Below are positions 57,601-64,000 of a stretch of 64,000 nt of DNA, one piece after another. Source of the stretch: an uncultured Gemmataceae bacterium (GTDB lineage: Bacteria; Planctomycetota; Planctomycetia; Gemmatales; Gemmataceae); NCBI GenBank assembly GCA_963750165.1, contig CAVVPN010000003.1, positions 3,136,001 through 3,200,000 of the forward strand, given 5' to 3'. The position numbers and the translations under genes are program-made. A model generated the notes under the pieces. It did not search any database and had not been told where the DNA came from. It was given only the letters and a program-made list of their open reading frames with translations. Numbering within the stretch: the stretch's first letter is position 1; each line of letters begins with the position of its first letter.

Positions 57601-60600
57601 AACGGCGTGACCGCCTACACCAACTACGTCACCAGTCTCGCCACCGCAGTCGCGGGCGACATCGTCAAGCTCACGGCCAGCGCGACGGTGGCCGCCAACC
57701 AGACCATCGGCGCCCTGCTCCTGAGCGCCGGCGCCGCCCTGCAGGTCACCGTCAACGCGGGCGTCACCCTGACGCTGAGCACCGGGGCGTTCATGGCCAC
57801 CGGCAGCGGCGGCCAGGCCCAGATTGGCAACGCCTACGTGGCCAACGCGCCGCAGGGCACCCTCGCCTTCGGCACTGCCGAGGGCGTGTTCTTCGCCAAC
57901 AACTCGGCCGGCAATACGAACATCGACACGTTCATCACGGGTAGCGGCGGCGTCACCCTCGGCGGCGCGAACCCCCTGACCTGGAACGTCGGCGCCAGCG
58001 CCTACACCGGCACGACCACGCTCAACGCCGGCACCCTCATCGCCCTGAACGGCGGCTCGTTCGGCGGCGGCACGTTCACCTTCACGGGCGGCACGTTCAG
58101 CCCGAACAACCCGAACGTGGTCATCGGCAACCCCGTCAACCTTAACGGCTACATCACGTTCGCCGCCAACGCGACGGCCCTGGCGGCGCCGGTCACGCTG
58201 ACGACCAACGCCGTCCTCAACGACACGGTGGCCCTCACTGTCACCGGGGTCGTCGGCGAGACCGGCGGCAGCAAGACGCTGGCTGTCGTTGGCGGCAGCA
58301 CCGTGTCCCTGGACAGCGCCAACACCTACAGCGGCGGCACGAGCCTGGTCGCCGGCACGCTGTCCCTGCTGAACAACGCCGCCCTGGGTACCGGGGCCCT
58401 CACGTTCCTGGGCGGCGCCCTGACCGCCGCCATCCCCTTGAACAACATCGCCAACACCATCAACCTGCCGAACACGACGGCCACCATCAGCGGCGCCAAC
58501 AACATCACCTTCACCGGCGGCGTCAACCTGACGGGCGTCGGCACCATCGCGGCCAGCAACCTTGGCCAGACGACGTTCTCCGGCGTCATCGCCGGCAGCG
58601 GCGTCCTGGCCAACGCCGGCACCGCCGGCACCCTGGCGCTGACCGGCGCCAACACCTTCAGCGGCGGCAGCTACCTCAGCGCCGGCACGCTGCTCCTCGG
58701 CAACAACGCCGCCCTGGGCACCGGCACCGCGACCATCAGCGCCGGCACCTTCCTGGCCACCAGCGCCCTGACCATCGCCAACCCCCTGACCTTCACCGGC
58801 AGCGCGACCTTCGCCGGCACCAACCCGCTCACGTTCAGCGGCAACGTGACCTTGCTCGCCAGCCCGACCCTGACCGTCAACAACGCGACGACCTTCTCCG
58901 GCCTGATCAGCGAAGGCGCCGGCTCCCGCAGCCTGACGTTCCAGGGCATCGGCACGCTGACGGTCAGCAACAGCGGCAACTCCTACTCGGGCGGCAGCAC
59001 GCTGAACATGGCGGCGGGCGGCGACGCACTCGGCACCCTGGTCGCCGGCGCGGCCTACGTGTTCGGCACCGGCGTCTTGACCCTGACCGCCGGCAATTTC
59101 CAGGTCGGCGGCACCTTCGCCGTCGCCACCCCCTTCATCTTCGGCACCGGCGGCCTGGTGGTCTTCAACGGCACCAACCCGATCACCTTCCAGAGCATCG
59201 AGCCCGACAGCCTGACCAACGCCACCCCGTCGGGGGTGATCGTCAACACGCCGACGACGATCGGCACCGCCCTCAGCGGCAGCGGCGGCCTGATCCTGCT
59301 GGGCGGCACCAGCACCCTGTCGCTGACGGGCGCCAACACCTACAGCGGGCCGACCATCGTGAGCGGCGGCACCCTGTCCCTGACGGGGGCCAACGGTGCG
59401 CTGGCTGCGTCCGCCGTCACGGTCAACACCGGCGGCACACTGCTGCTGGACAACACCGCCTTCAACAACAACAGCCGCCTCAACGTGGCCACCACGCTCA
59501 GCGGCGGCACCCTGTCGGTGCGCGGCACCGACGTGGCCAGCACCGACACCACCGAGGCGCTCGGCGGCCTGACCCTGGCGGCCGGCACTTCGACCATCCT
59601 GCTCACCAAGGGCGCCGGCGGCAACGTGACCCTGGCCGGCACCACCCTGACGCGCAACAACGGCTCCGGCGGCATCCTCAACGTGACCACCGGCGGCGGC
59701 GGCGTCCTGGGCACCAGCGCCCAGCTGACCTTCGCGACCGCGCCGACCACCACACCTGCTACCGGCACCTCGGCGCTGCTGCCCTACGCTACCGTCGCCG
59801 GCACCGAGTTGGCCACCTATGGCACGAATGGCCTGGTGAGCTACACCGTCGGCGGCGGCACCTACGACACCTCCATCGCCGGCATTGCCGCCGCCACGGA
59901 CAACCTGAAGCTCTCGGCCAACGACGCGGTCACCGCCTCCACCACGGTGAACTCGCTGACCGTCACGGGCACCGTCACGCTGACCATCGCCCCCGGCCAA
60001 ACCCTCACGATCACCAGCGGCGCGATCTTCCTGGCCGCGGGTGCGTTGTTCACCGTTACCGGCGGCGGTCTGTTGGTCTTCCCCGGCGACGCCATCATCG
60101 ACACCGCCAACGCCGCCGCCACCTTCACCGCCGCCGCCGGCACCGCCCTGAGCGGCAGCAACCTGACGCTGGCCGGCCCCGGCACCGTCACGTTCAACAC
60201 CGCCAACGCCCTCGGTGCGGGCCAGACCACCCTGGCCGGCGTCACCCTCAACCTGCCCACCAGCGCCGCGCTGGGCACCGGCACCATCACGCTGGTCAGC
60301 GGCACCGTGCAGACGACCAACACCGCCGGCGTCCAGCTGGCCAACACCCTGAGCTTCGACAACGCCAACGTGACCCTCGCCGGCAGCAATCCGCTGCTGT
60401 TCGGCGGCGGCGGCGCGACGCTGGCCACCGGCACCAACAACACCATCAACGTCACCAACACGGCGGTGACGAACATCAACAACGCCATCGGCGGCGCCGG
60501 CCTGCTGACCAAGACGGGGGCCGGCACGCTCATCCTGTCCGGCACCAGCAGCTACAGCGGCCAGACCTTCATTAACCAGGGCGTCGTGCAGCTGCAGAAC

Positions 60601-63600
60601 AGCAGCGGCCTGGGCAGCGCTACCCCCGCCGTGGTGGTGCAGAGCGGCGCCGCCCTCCAGCTCTACGGCAACGGCCTGAGCATCAGCAAGCCGCTCGTGC
60701 TCAACGGCACCGGCATCAACAGCGGCGGTGCCCTCGAGAACCTGCGCATCGGCGGCGGCTTCGCCAACACCTGGGCGGGCGGCATCAACTTCCAGAGCGA
60801 CAGCAGCATCGGCGTGGACGTGGGTACGACGCTGACCGTCAGCGGCGCCCTCGGCGGCACCGGTAGCAACGCCAACTTCACCAAGGTCGGGCAGGGCCAG
60901 CTGACCTCCACCGTTGCCGGCACCTACACCGGCAACACCACGATCACCGACGGCGTCTTCAACGTCCAGAACAGCGCCGGCCTCGGCCTCATCACGGGCA
61001 GCGTCACGGTCAACGGCGGCACGTTGCAGTTGCAGGCCAGCATCGCCGGCAAGGCCCTGACGCTGAACGGCAACGGCTTCGGCAACGTCGGCGCGCTGCC
61101 GCAGGGCGCCCTCGTCGCCCAGAGCGGCAGCGTCACCTGGAGCGGCAACGTCACGCTGAACACCGGCACCTCGGTCGCCGCGGCCAGCGGCCAGACCCTG
61201 ACGCTCAGCGGCGTCGTCAGCGGCACCGACCTGACCAAGAACGGCGCCGGCGCCGTCGTGCTGACCAACGCCAACACCTTCACCGGCAACGTGACCGTCA
61301 ACGCCGGCGCCCTGACCTTGGCCAACGCCAACGTCTACACCGGCGCCACCACGGTCAGTGGCTCGGCCATCGGCGGCAGTTTCGTCGGCGGCACGCTCAC
61401 CCTGAACCTGTTCGGCTCGGCCCCCAGCACCAGCGGCATCACGGTCAACCCGGGCAGTACGATGACAGTGGACGGCTCGCTCGCCAACGTCGCGAACCGC
61501 CTCGCCGGCGCCGCGGCCGTCACCCTGAAAGAAGCCGCCTTCACCTACCTGGCCACCGGCGTGGTCGGCGTCACCACGAATCAGACGCTCGGCGCGCTGA
61601 CGCTGGCCGGCGGCCAATCGACCGTCACCGTGGGCTACATCGGGTCGCCGCCCGCGGGCACCGGCGGCTTGACCATGACCTTCCCGTCCCTGACGCGGGC
61701 CCCGGGCGCCACGGCCAACTTCATCGGCGGCACCGGCAACCTGTCGCCGCTCGGCGTGGCGACCAACGGCGTGTTCAACAAGGTCCTGTTCGGCACCAGC
61801 GGCGGCTCCTACAACGACGGCGGCCTGACCTCTGTCAACGGCACGGCCGGAACCTTCACGGCCAACAAGCTGCAGTATTTCGGCACCGGCACCGCCGGCG
61901 TGGCGAACATCGCGCCGGCGCTGGAGATCGGCGGCGGCGCCAACACTGGCGACTTCGCCAGCTACACCGCCAACGGCCTCACGGCGTTCAGCACCTACTT
62001 CACCCAGACCTTCGCGTCCAGCGGCACCCTCGTCTCGACCGCGCCGACCGACATCGTCAAGCTCGTTTCCAACGGTGGCGGCACCAGCGTGACGCTAACC
62101 GCCCTGCCCAACCAGGCGTTCGGCGCCCTGCTCATCCAGAACCTGACCACCGCCAACCCGGGCGTGCAGCTCAATACCACTGGCTCGTTCACCGTCAATT
62201 CCGGGGCCTACCTGACCCTGGGCAACGGCGCCGCCTCCTCGATCAACATCCAGGCCTCGTCCGCGGCCAGCCCGATCGTGCTGCCAGTCGAGACCGACTT
62301 CTTCTACAACTCCTCGGGCGGCAACACGAACTTCACGGGCCCAATCATCGGCCCCGGCACCCTGGTGCTGGCGGGCAACAACAACATCTACTTCGGCAGC
62401 GGCGTCGTCAACAGCTACAGCGGCGGCACCTACATCAGCTCCGGCACCGTTATCGACCAGGGCAGCGGCAACTTCGGCACCGGCGCCATCACCTTTAACG
62501 GCGGCGCCCTGCAGGGCAACAACGGCAACCAGACGTTCAGCAACGCCGTGAACCTCTCCGGCTCGATCAACTTCACCAACGCCACCGTCGTCTTCACCGG
62601 CCCGACCACGTTGACCGCCACCACGTACCTGACCCTCAATAACAACGTCTTCTTCAACGGCGTCGTCGGCGGGCCCGGGGCGCTGGTCATCGCCGCCGGC
62701 GGGGCCACGGCGATCCTGAACAACGCCAACACCTACACCGGCGGCACCATCCTGACCGCCGCGAACCTCCAGATCAGCAACAACAACGCCCTGGGCACCG
62801 GTCTCTTGACGCTCGTCGGCGGCACCATCAACCCCAACTTCAGCAACGGCGACAACATCGCCACCGTCGTGCCCAACAACATCCTGTTGCCGAACGGTTC
62901 GGTCACGCTGAACACCGGCATCGGCGGCCAGGGCACCAACCTGACCTTCACCGGCAACGTCACCGTCGTCGGCACCGACACCCTCGCCATCGCCAACGCC
63001 GGCCAGACCTCCTTCACCGGCACCGTCAGCGGCTCGGGCGTTATCGTCCTGAACAATGCCGCGGGCGTCGTGCAGTTCAGCGGCAACAACACCGGCTGGA
63101 CGGGCGGCCTGACCATGTCCGCCGGCACGCTGCTGGTGCCCAACGCCAACAGCCTGGGCACCGGGCCACTGGCGCTCTCCGGCGGCACCCTCCTCGCCAA
63201 CGGCGCCACGCCACTGACGCTGGCACAGCCGCTGATCCTGAACGGCGGCACCGTCACGCTGGGCGGCGAAAACGCCTTCACGTTCACCGGCCTGACGGCC
63301 ATGCTGAACAGCACCACGCTCAACGTCACCGACACCGCCGGGGCCACGCTGGCCGGCATCATCACCGACGACAACGGCGCCCGCGCGGTCACGTTCACCG
63401 GCACCGGCACGCTGACGCTGCCCAACGCCAACAACTACGCGGGCGGCACCGTCCTTAGCGCCGGCGGCGCCACCGGCGCCGGCACCCTGGTGCTGGGCAA
63501 CGGTACCACCCGGGGCGTCAGCGCCGTCCAGACCCTCACCCTCAGCGGCGCCACGGGCGGCACCTTCACCCTGACCTTCAATGGCCAGACCACCGCCCCC

Positions 63601-64000
63601 ATCGCCTACAGCGCGACCGCGGCCACGCTGGTGACCAACATCCAGAACGCCCTGAATGCGTTGTCGTCCATCGGCCTGACGGGCGGCATGCCCAACGCCC
63701 TGGTGGCCGCGGGCACCACGGCCGGCACCTTCACGATCACGTTCCAGAACGCCCTGGCCGCCACCGCCGTGCCGACGCTGCTGGCCAACGGCGATGGCCT
63801 GACCGGCACCACCCCGACGGCTGCCGTCACCGTCACGACCCCCGGCGTGGCCGTCTTCAACAGCTCGCTGGGCACCGGTACGATCACGCTGACGGCTGGC
63901 GTCCTCCAGACCTCCGCCCCGTTGCGGTTGAACAACACGATCTCGGCCACCGCCAGCTTCGTCGCCTTCACCGGGAGTGCCCTGACCCTGGCCGGTTCGC
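48607..64000 (+). CDS. Giant LEPR-XLL surface protein/adhesin (>5100 aa, 3'-truncated): autotransporter-associated beta-strand repeats with PA14, three CBM-like, L-type lectin and other inserted domains
   Basis: Frame +1 reads open from ATG 48607 (MSFPSWRQLVQRSRR...LEALEDRTLLS) to the window end; absent from the ORF track because there is no stop; many 'GxGTLxLxxxNTYTGGT' repeats; strong GC3 codon bias; Gly/Thr/Ala/Asn-rich. Confidence 0.95.
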   Translation, partial: MSFPSWRQLVQRSRRNAGVAGQKRRPALAGHFFRGLWLEALEDRTLLSTYQWTGASSALWNVAGNWTGGPAGTFPTAAGDIAQFTGTITGSTTATVNAAITVGEIDFNTASNITINNTGGNVLTLDNTGGGSANAILNVAATNTGTQVISAPLAVATATPLTATVSGGTLQLTNTATGATANVIGSTSTFTVNTGGTLRESAAGSGSLTTANLTDTGALGSAGLTLAGGSLVIDPTASTAANGVASKYIVQTSNQINGNDFVNAAAITGAPTFQTSAVAAAPGLANSFAFGTNAPGTGQSFGANVPTTNFAAVWNGMLPITSPGPTTFTSTSDDAMKVYVDGMLVVNNDGSHGPTGQASGTINLTPGLHNLRVLYAQSSGGDEALLSYTPAGGTAQPIPFTSLYTPDPLNLGNAVTVSSASTITLNGGNFTAVGLGTLALNASLTVNAQAGKRLNFSGATTTSTSSVTLNDSADVGFVSSYSAYPYTAGVVNLPGVTLVKQGAGQLILDNTNATSSNIFTGSTLDIQAGRVVAVGSNTATFNADPLGTAAVTIDGGTLSLDTSNGPITFDNAVAVTNSGTLEDQANAATLMLGSATTTNTMSIATGKTLTVNTFGGSPPALGNAAGATLQINEPISGGGALVVNSIPFSTTANAGTVILNPVADSTFTGGLTVNGGLVKDTAENGLGAGPVVVSASKQVTIVGAGTATTVTGFTVKSGATLLADTPSAPGGAGGGVMNGDFETGDLTGWTAGQNVTNGVNGLPTITTAVVHTGMYAVAIGNFGAYPSPEPLGDDYLTQVVTVPTSSPSLTFWTNEYTTDSISYDWQDAYIMDATGTTLLATIFHVCQTQGWTQTTFDMTPYAGMTVTIEFLVHQDGYGDDTGMYVDDVVLSGSGSGTTTYMPRFSPTAAVNLQGGSFTYKSGVGGTTNETLGAINVQSGLSTVTLNSQGSGSLNVVADSLNEAAGAAVNFVGQGAVLGTANNNLTFTTAPTQTNGIIAGAYIGGSDFAVYNQGGQTGLSASVGSPGAGPNVVANPGFETGDFTGWTTGGGNPTPMVSTAVTNSGTYSAALGSFLPYPASEPLGDSTLSQVVNVPAASDAPVLTFWTNEYTTDSISYDWQDAYIKDATGTTLLATIFHVCQTQGWTQTTFNMAPYAGMTVTIEFLVHQDGFGDDTGMYVDDVSLAGTIIPYYATTLVGATATSNVKLTSNDVIPTGGLTVNALIIAGNGITVTGAPGNSLTIGDQTLLVTGGADAINAPLSLGTTGTTAVIANAGATATFNGPISGSSLTVMGGTTVLNAADTYTGGTTLESGTLTIGNPTGLGTGALNLVNGTVQSSVATTVSNAVNLNNAGGTNGTVTLGGSAPLTFSGQVNLTGANTLVASNPAGTNFSGSLSGTGSLTLVGGASGGTVGLSGDNSGYTGTGTGITLAGGTLVLGSNNALGGATSAATLSGGTILASTAVTLPVPILVNGPVTFGGNNAITLSGPITTAGAALTVNNSTTITGAVTGSLELVGGSGTLALGNAATVSGATTVAGGTLSVGSAAPLGTGTLWLSGGTVLPTAAGLTFSNPVQLSGSPTIGGTVANAATFSGPVTLAGPTTLTVANSATVTGAISGGPTAGLTLAGGTLNLQGASTFTGTTNISGGNLVLNGANGALTATAGIILNQGGTLTLDDSATNNTSRINATAPITVNGGNLALIGNGTALTVQPLGVVTFNSGLSTISVNTTGPGAAFSPADLNRNQGATINLTGNSWATTATGTILPYATVNGTTWAVLTSTGAAGFTGYTTSLPTGGGTGTENVKLTGGTTTVTQNTTIFSLVLANGANLTISPGVTLTIVSGGVLVTGGSSTVSGGILALGSNATTDGVLITDVATTSLTINSTIAGSGGLTISGAGTITLNAANTYTGANAVNGGTLILGNASALSLGTLTLTAGTLQTSVSGGLTLQNGVVLNNSNVTIGGTNAITFQPPAISSLSPGWTMFQDANPGGTGNIKAQFGIESGVVNSGSYAVLLGNTVGSQEPNGSAYLQQTVAVPAGTPQLTFWTNRGTTDSITFDWQDVQILSPAAPLSIVSAIQSGTTVTVTTSIPHGFTVGESVLMGGINSGTGDIGLNGTYTITSVPSPTTFTYVQPNISGASGTGGTVSLVLATIFHNCVTQGWTQTTFDMTPFAGQTVILSFLTHGDGFGDTTFMYVDDISLTDGMGGPNVVVNPGFEAPPTVVGGFALNGLNNTLTVGNAAGTPQVAINGVVFTESGAVGNLIKSGPGTLVLNSSANTYSGQTVVNQGVLQLNNTTVTSGIVPYTSPLGSTLTGAPTVVASGASLQLLGSGMNFYNPLVLSGNGVSGNGALENLAGGNNTWSGNVILNGNASIGADAGTTLSLTAGVLNGQASGGLSGTGTLTKVGSGTLAAASSSTINNFGSTGTGWTLNGGATVSSNILTLTDNGGSEARSAWYDVPVNTGSFSVSFTYTVGGSLAADGAGFVLQSQGLTALGAGGGSKGYDGITSSVGLMFNIYTGGGGPIGVSLVTGGSGASNNTAYTPSTPVNLASGDPINVTLTYDGTTLAVRLVDQTTSSVFTINYLVNIPGLVGSTAYMGFTGGTGGAASIQTISNFAFVSTTPSSTQTVATSAPPFTGNVVVGSGILNVQSGQALGQATSAGGGSVTVNAGATLQLQGGITVAGKNVTLAGTGFGNVAGQTAALPQGALVSLSGTNLWTGNIALTGTVGLTGGSLPLLSATSTGTLIGAAGGSTLQIAGVVSGTDFTKVGAGAVQLLDVNTYTGATTVLGGNLTLSNNNTAAVGTATVAGSAVSGVTSTVNGVTYTNFSAGSLTLNQFGTLGSAAVAIDQSGQVTIDDTAVNQHRFTNATAPSVTFNSGSFTFQANNGPGAVTAETLGAVTLASGQSTINAGYTAAPVTGAGGSTLTFASLVRTPGATVNFVGGTVSGGVQASPLGVMTNGALNQLVVTTAPTTVGNGGGILPYAEVNGGTGSGDFATYGTNGVTAYTNYVTSLATAVAGDIVKLTASATVAANQTIGALLLSAGAALQVTVNAGVTLTLSTGAFMATGSGGQAQIGNAYVANAPQGTLAFGTAEGVFFANNSAGNTNIDTFITGSGGVTLGGANPLTWNVGASAYTGTTTLNAGTLIALNGGSFGGGTFTFTGGTFSPNNPNVVIGNPVNLNGYITFAANATALAAPVTLTTNAVLNDTVALTVTGVVGETGGSKTLAVVGGSTVSLDSANTYSGGTSLVAGTLSLLNNAALGTGALTFLGGALTAAIPLNNIANTINLPNTTATISGANNITFTGGVNLTGVGTIAASNLGQTTFSGVIAGSGVLANAGTAGTLALTGANTFSGGSYLSAGTLLLGNNAALGTGTATISAGTFLATSALTIANPLTFTGSATFAGTNPLTFSGNVTLLASPTLTVNNATTFSGLISEGAGSRSLTFQGIGTLTVSNSGNSYSGGSTLNMAAGGDALGTLVAGAAYVFGTGVLTLTAGNFQVGGTFAVATPFIFGTGGLVVFNGTNPITFQSIEPDSLTNATPSGVIVNTPTTIGTALSGSGGLILLGGTSTLSLTGANTYSGPTIVSGGTLSLTGANGALAASAVTVNTGGTLLLDNTAFNNNSRLNVATTLSGGTLSVRGTDVASTDTTEALGGLTLAAGTSTILLTKGAGGNVTLAGTTLTRNNGSGGILNVTTGGGGVLGTSAQLTFATAPTTTPATGTSALLPYATVAGTELATYGTNGLVSYTVGGGTYDTSIAGIAAATDNLKLSANDAVTASTTVNSLTVTGTVTLTIAPGQTLTITSGAIFLAAGALFTVTGGGLLVFPGDAIIDTANAAATFTAAAGTALSGSNLTLAGPGTVTFNTANALGAGQTTLAGVTLNLPTSAALGTGTITLVSGTVQTTNTAGVQLANTLSFDNANVTLAGSNPLLFGGGGATLATGTNNTINVTNTAVTNINNAIGGAGLLTKTGAGTLILSGTSSYSGQTFINQGVVQLQNSSGLGSATPAVVVQSGAALQLYGNGLSISKPLVLNGTGINSGGALENLRIGGGFANTWAGGINFQSDSSIGVDVGTTLTVSGALGGTGSNANFTKVGQGQLTSTVAGTYTGNTTITDGVFNVQNSAGLGLITGSVTVNGGTLQLQASIAGKALTLNGNGFGNVGALPQGALVAQSGSVTWSGNVTLNTGTSVAAASGQTLTLSGVVSGTDLTKNGAGAVVLTNANTFTGNVTVNAGALTLANANVYTGATTVSGSAIGGSFVGGTLTLNLFGSAPSTSGITVNPGSTMTVDGSLANVANRLAGAAAVTLKEAAFTYLATGVVGVTTNQTLGALTLAGGQSTVTVGYIGSPPAGTGGLTMTFPSLTRAPGATANFIGGTGNLSPLGVATNGVFNKVLFGTSGGSYNDGGLTSVNGTAGTFTANKLQYFGTGTAGVANIAPALEIGGGANTGDFASYTANGLTAFSTYFTQTFASSGTLVSTAPTDIVKLVSNGGGTSVTLTALPNQAFGALLIQNLTTANPGVQLNTTGSFTVNSGAYLTLGNGAASSINIQASSAASPIVLPVETDFFYNSSGGNTNFTGPIIGPGTLVLAGNNNIYFGSGVVNSYSGGTYISSGTVIDQGSGNFGTGAITFNGGALQGNNGNQTFSNAVNLSGSINFTNATVVFTGPTTLTATTYLTLNNNVFFNGVVGGPGALVIAAGGATAILNNANTYTGGTILTAANLQISNNNALGTGLLTLVGGTINPNFSNGDNIATVVPNNILLPNGSVTLNTGIGGQGTNLTFTGNVTVVGTDTLAIANAGQTSFTGTVSGSGVIVLNNAAGVVQFSGNNTGWTGGLTMSAGTLLVPNANSLGTGPLALSGGTLLANGATPLTLAQPLILNGGTVTLGGENAFTFTGLTAMLNSTTLNVTDTAGATLAGIITDDNGARAVTFTGTGTLTLPNANNYAGGTVLSAGGATGAGTLVLGNGTTRGVSAVQTLTLSGATGGTFTLTFNGQTTAPIAYSATAATLVTNIQNALNALSSIGLTGGMPNALVAAGTTAGTFTITFQNALAATAVPTLLANGDGLTGTTPTAAVTVTTPGVAVFNSSLGTGTITLTAGVLQTSAPLRLNNTISATASFVAFTGSALTLAGS
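51031..52149 (+). repeat. Near-identical 240-bp intragenic duplication (51031-51270 and 51910-52149)
   Basis: Ungapped, offset 879 nt, about 10 substitutions by manual comparison; encodes the C-terminal half of CBM-like copies 1 and 2. Confidence 0.9.

Noticed and set aside
48601..61617. Very long minus-strand ORFs 48601-54420 (1939 aa) and 54919-61617 (2232 aa)
   Set aside because: Antisense shadows of the GC3-biased giant + strand gene; no recognisable motifs.

Overview
High-GC bacterial chromosomal window that looks like Planctomycetota, probably Gemmataceae (LEPR-XLL giant protein, PEP-CTERM protein, Ser/Thr kinase-ECF sigma pair, 'GDPLPxxAxxRLG' WD40 proteins, GTAG-type REP hairpins). 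Left to right: a 5'-truncated Ser/Thr kinase-WD40 gene; an HTTM (SdpB-like) plus SdpA-like pair; a five-gene MoxR/RavA AAA+-vWA-beta-propeller-TPR operon resembling the computationally predicted 'bpX' ternary conflict systems; two exported WD40 proteins; moeA; small secreted proteins; HAD-like/fabZ/trmB; HEAT-like membrane proteins; GH5-like and SGNH-like secreted enzymes; YccA; desaturase with an atypical orphan response regulator; kinase-ECF-PEP-CTERM; Uma2; GH57; amidohydrolase; rfbB-ugd; methyltransferase; TolC-HlyD-FUSC efflux. The last 15.4 kb is one + strand ORF (48607 to >64000, >5100 aa) missing from the ORF track because it has no stop in the window. It encodes a beta-helical giant surface protein with glycan-binding modules (PA14, three CBM-like, L-type lectin, others) inserted into the stalk; one CBM-like copy is circularly permuted and carries a nested insert. 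Eight single-base frameshifts at short G/C runs are most likely long-read assembly errors. No rRNA, tRNA, CRISPR array or transposase was seen. Family names come from motif recognition by eye, not database searches.
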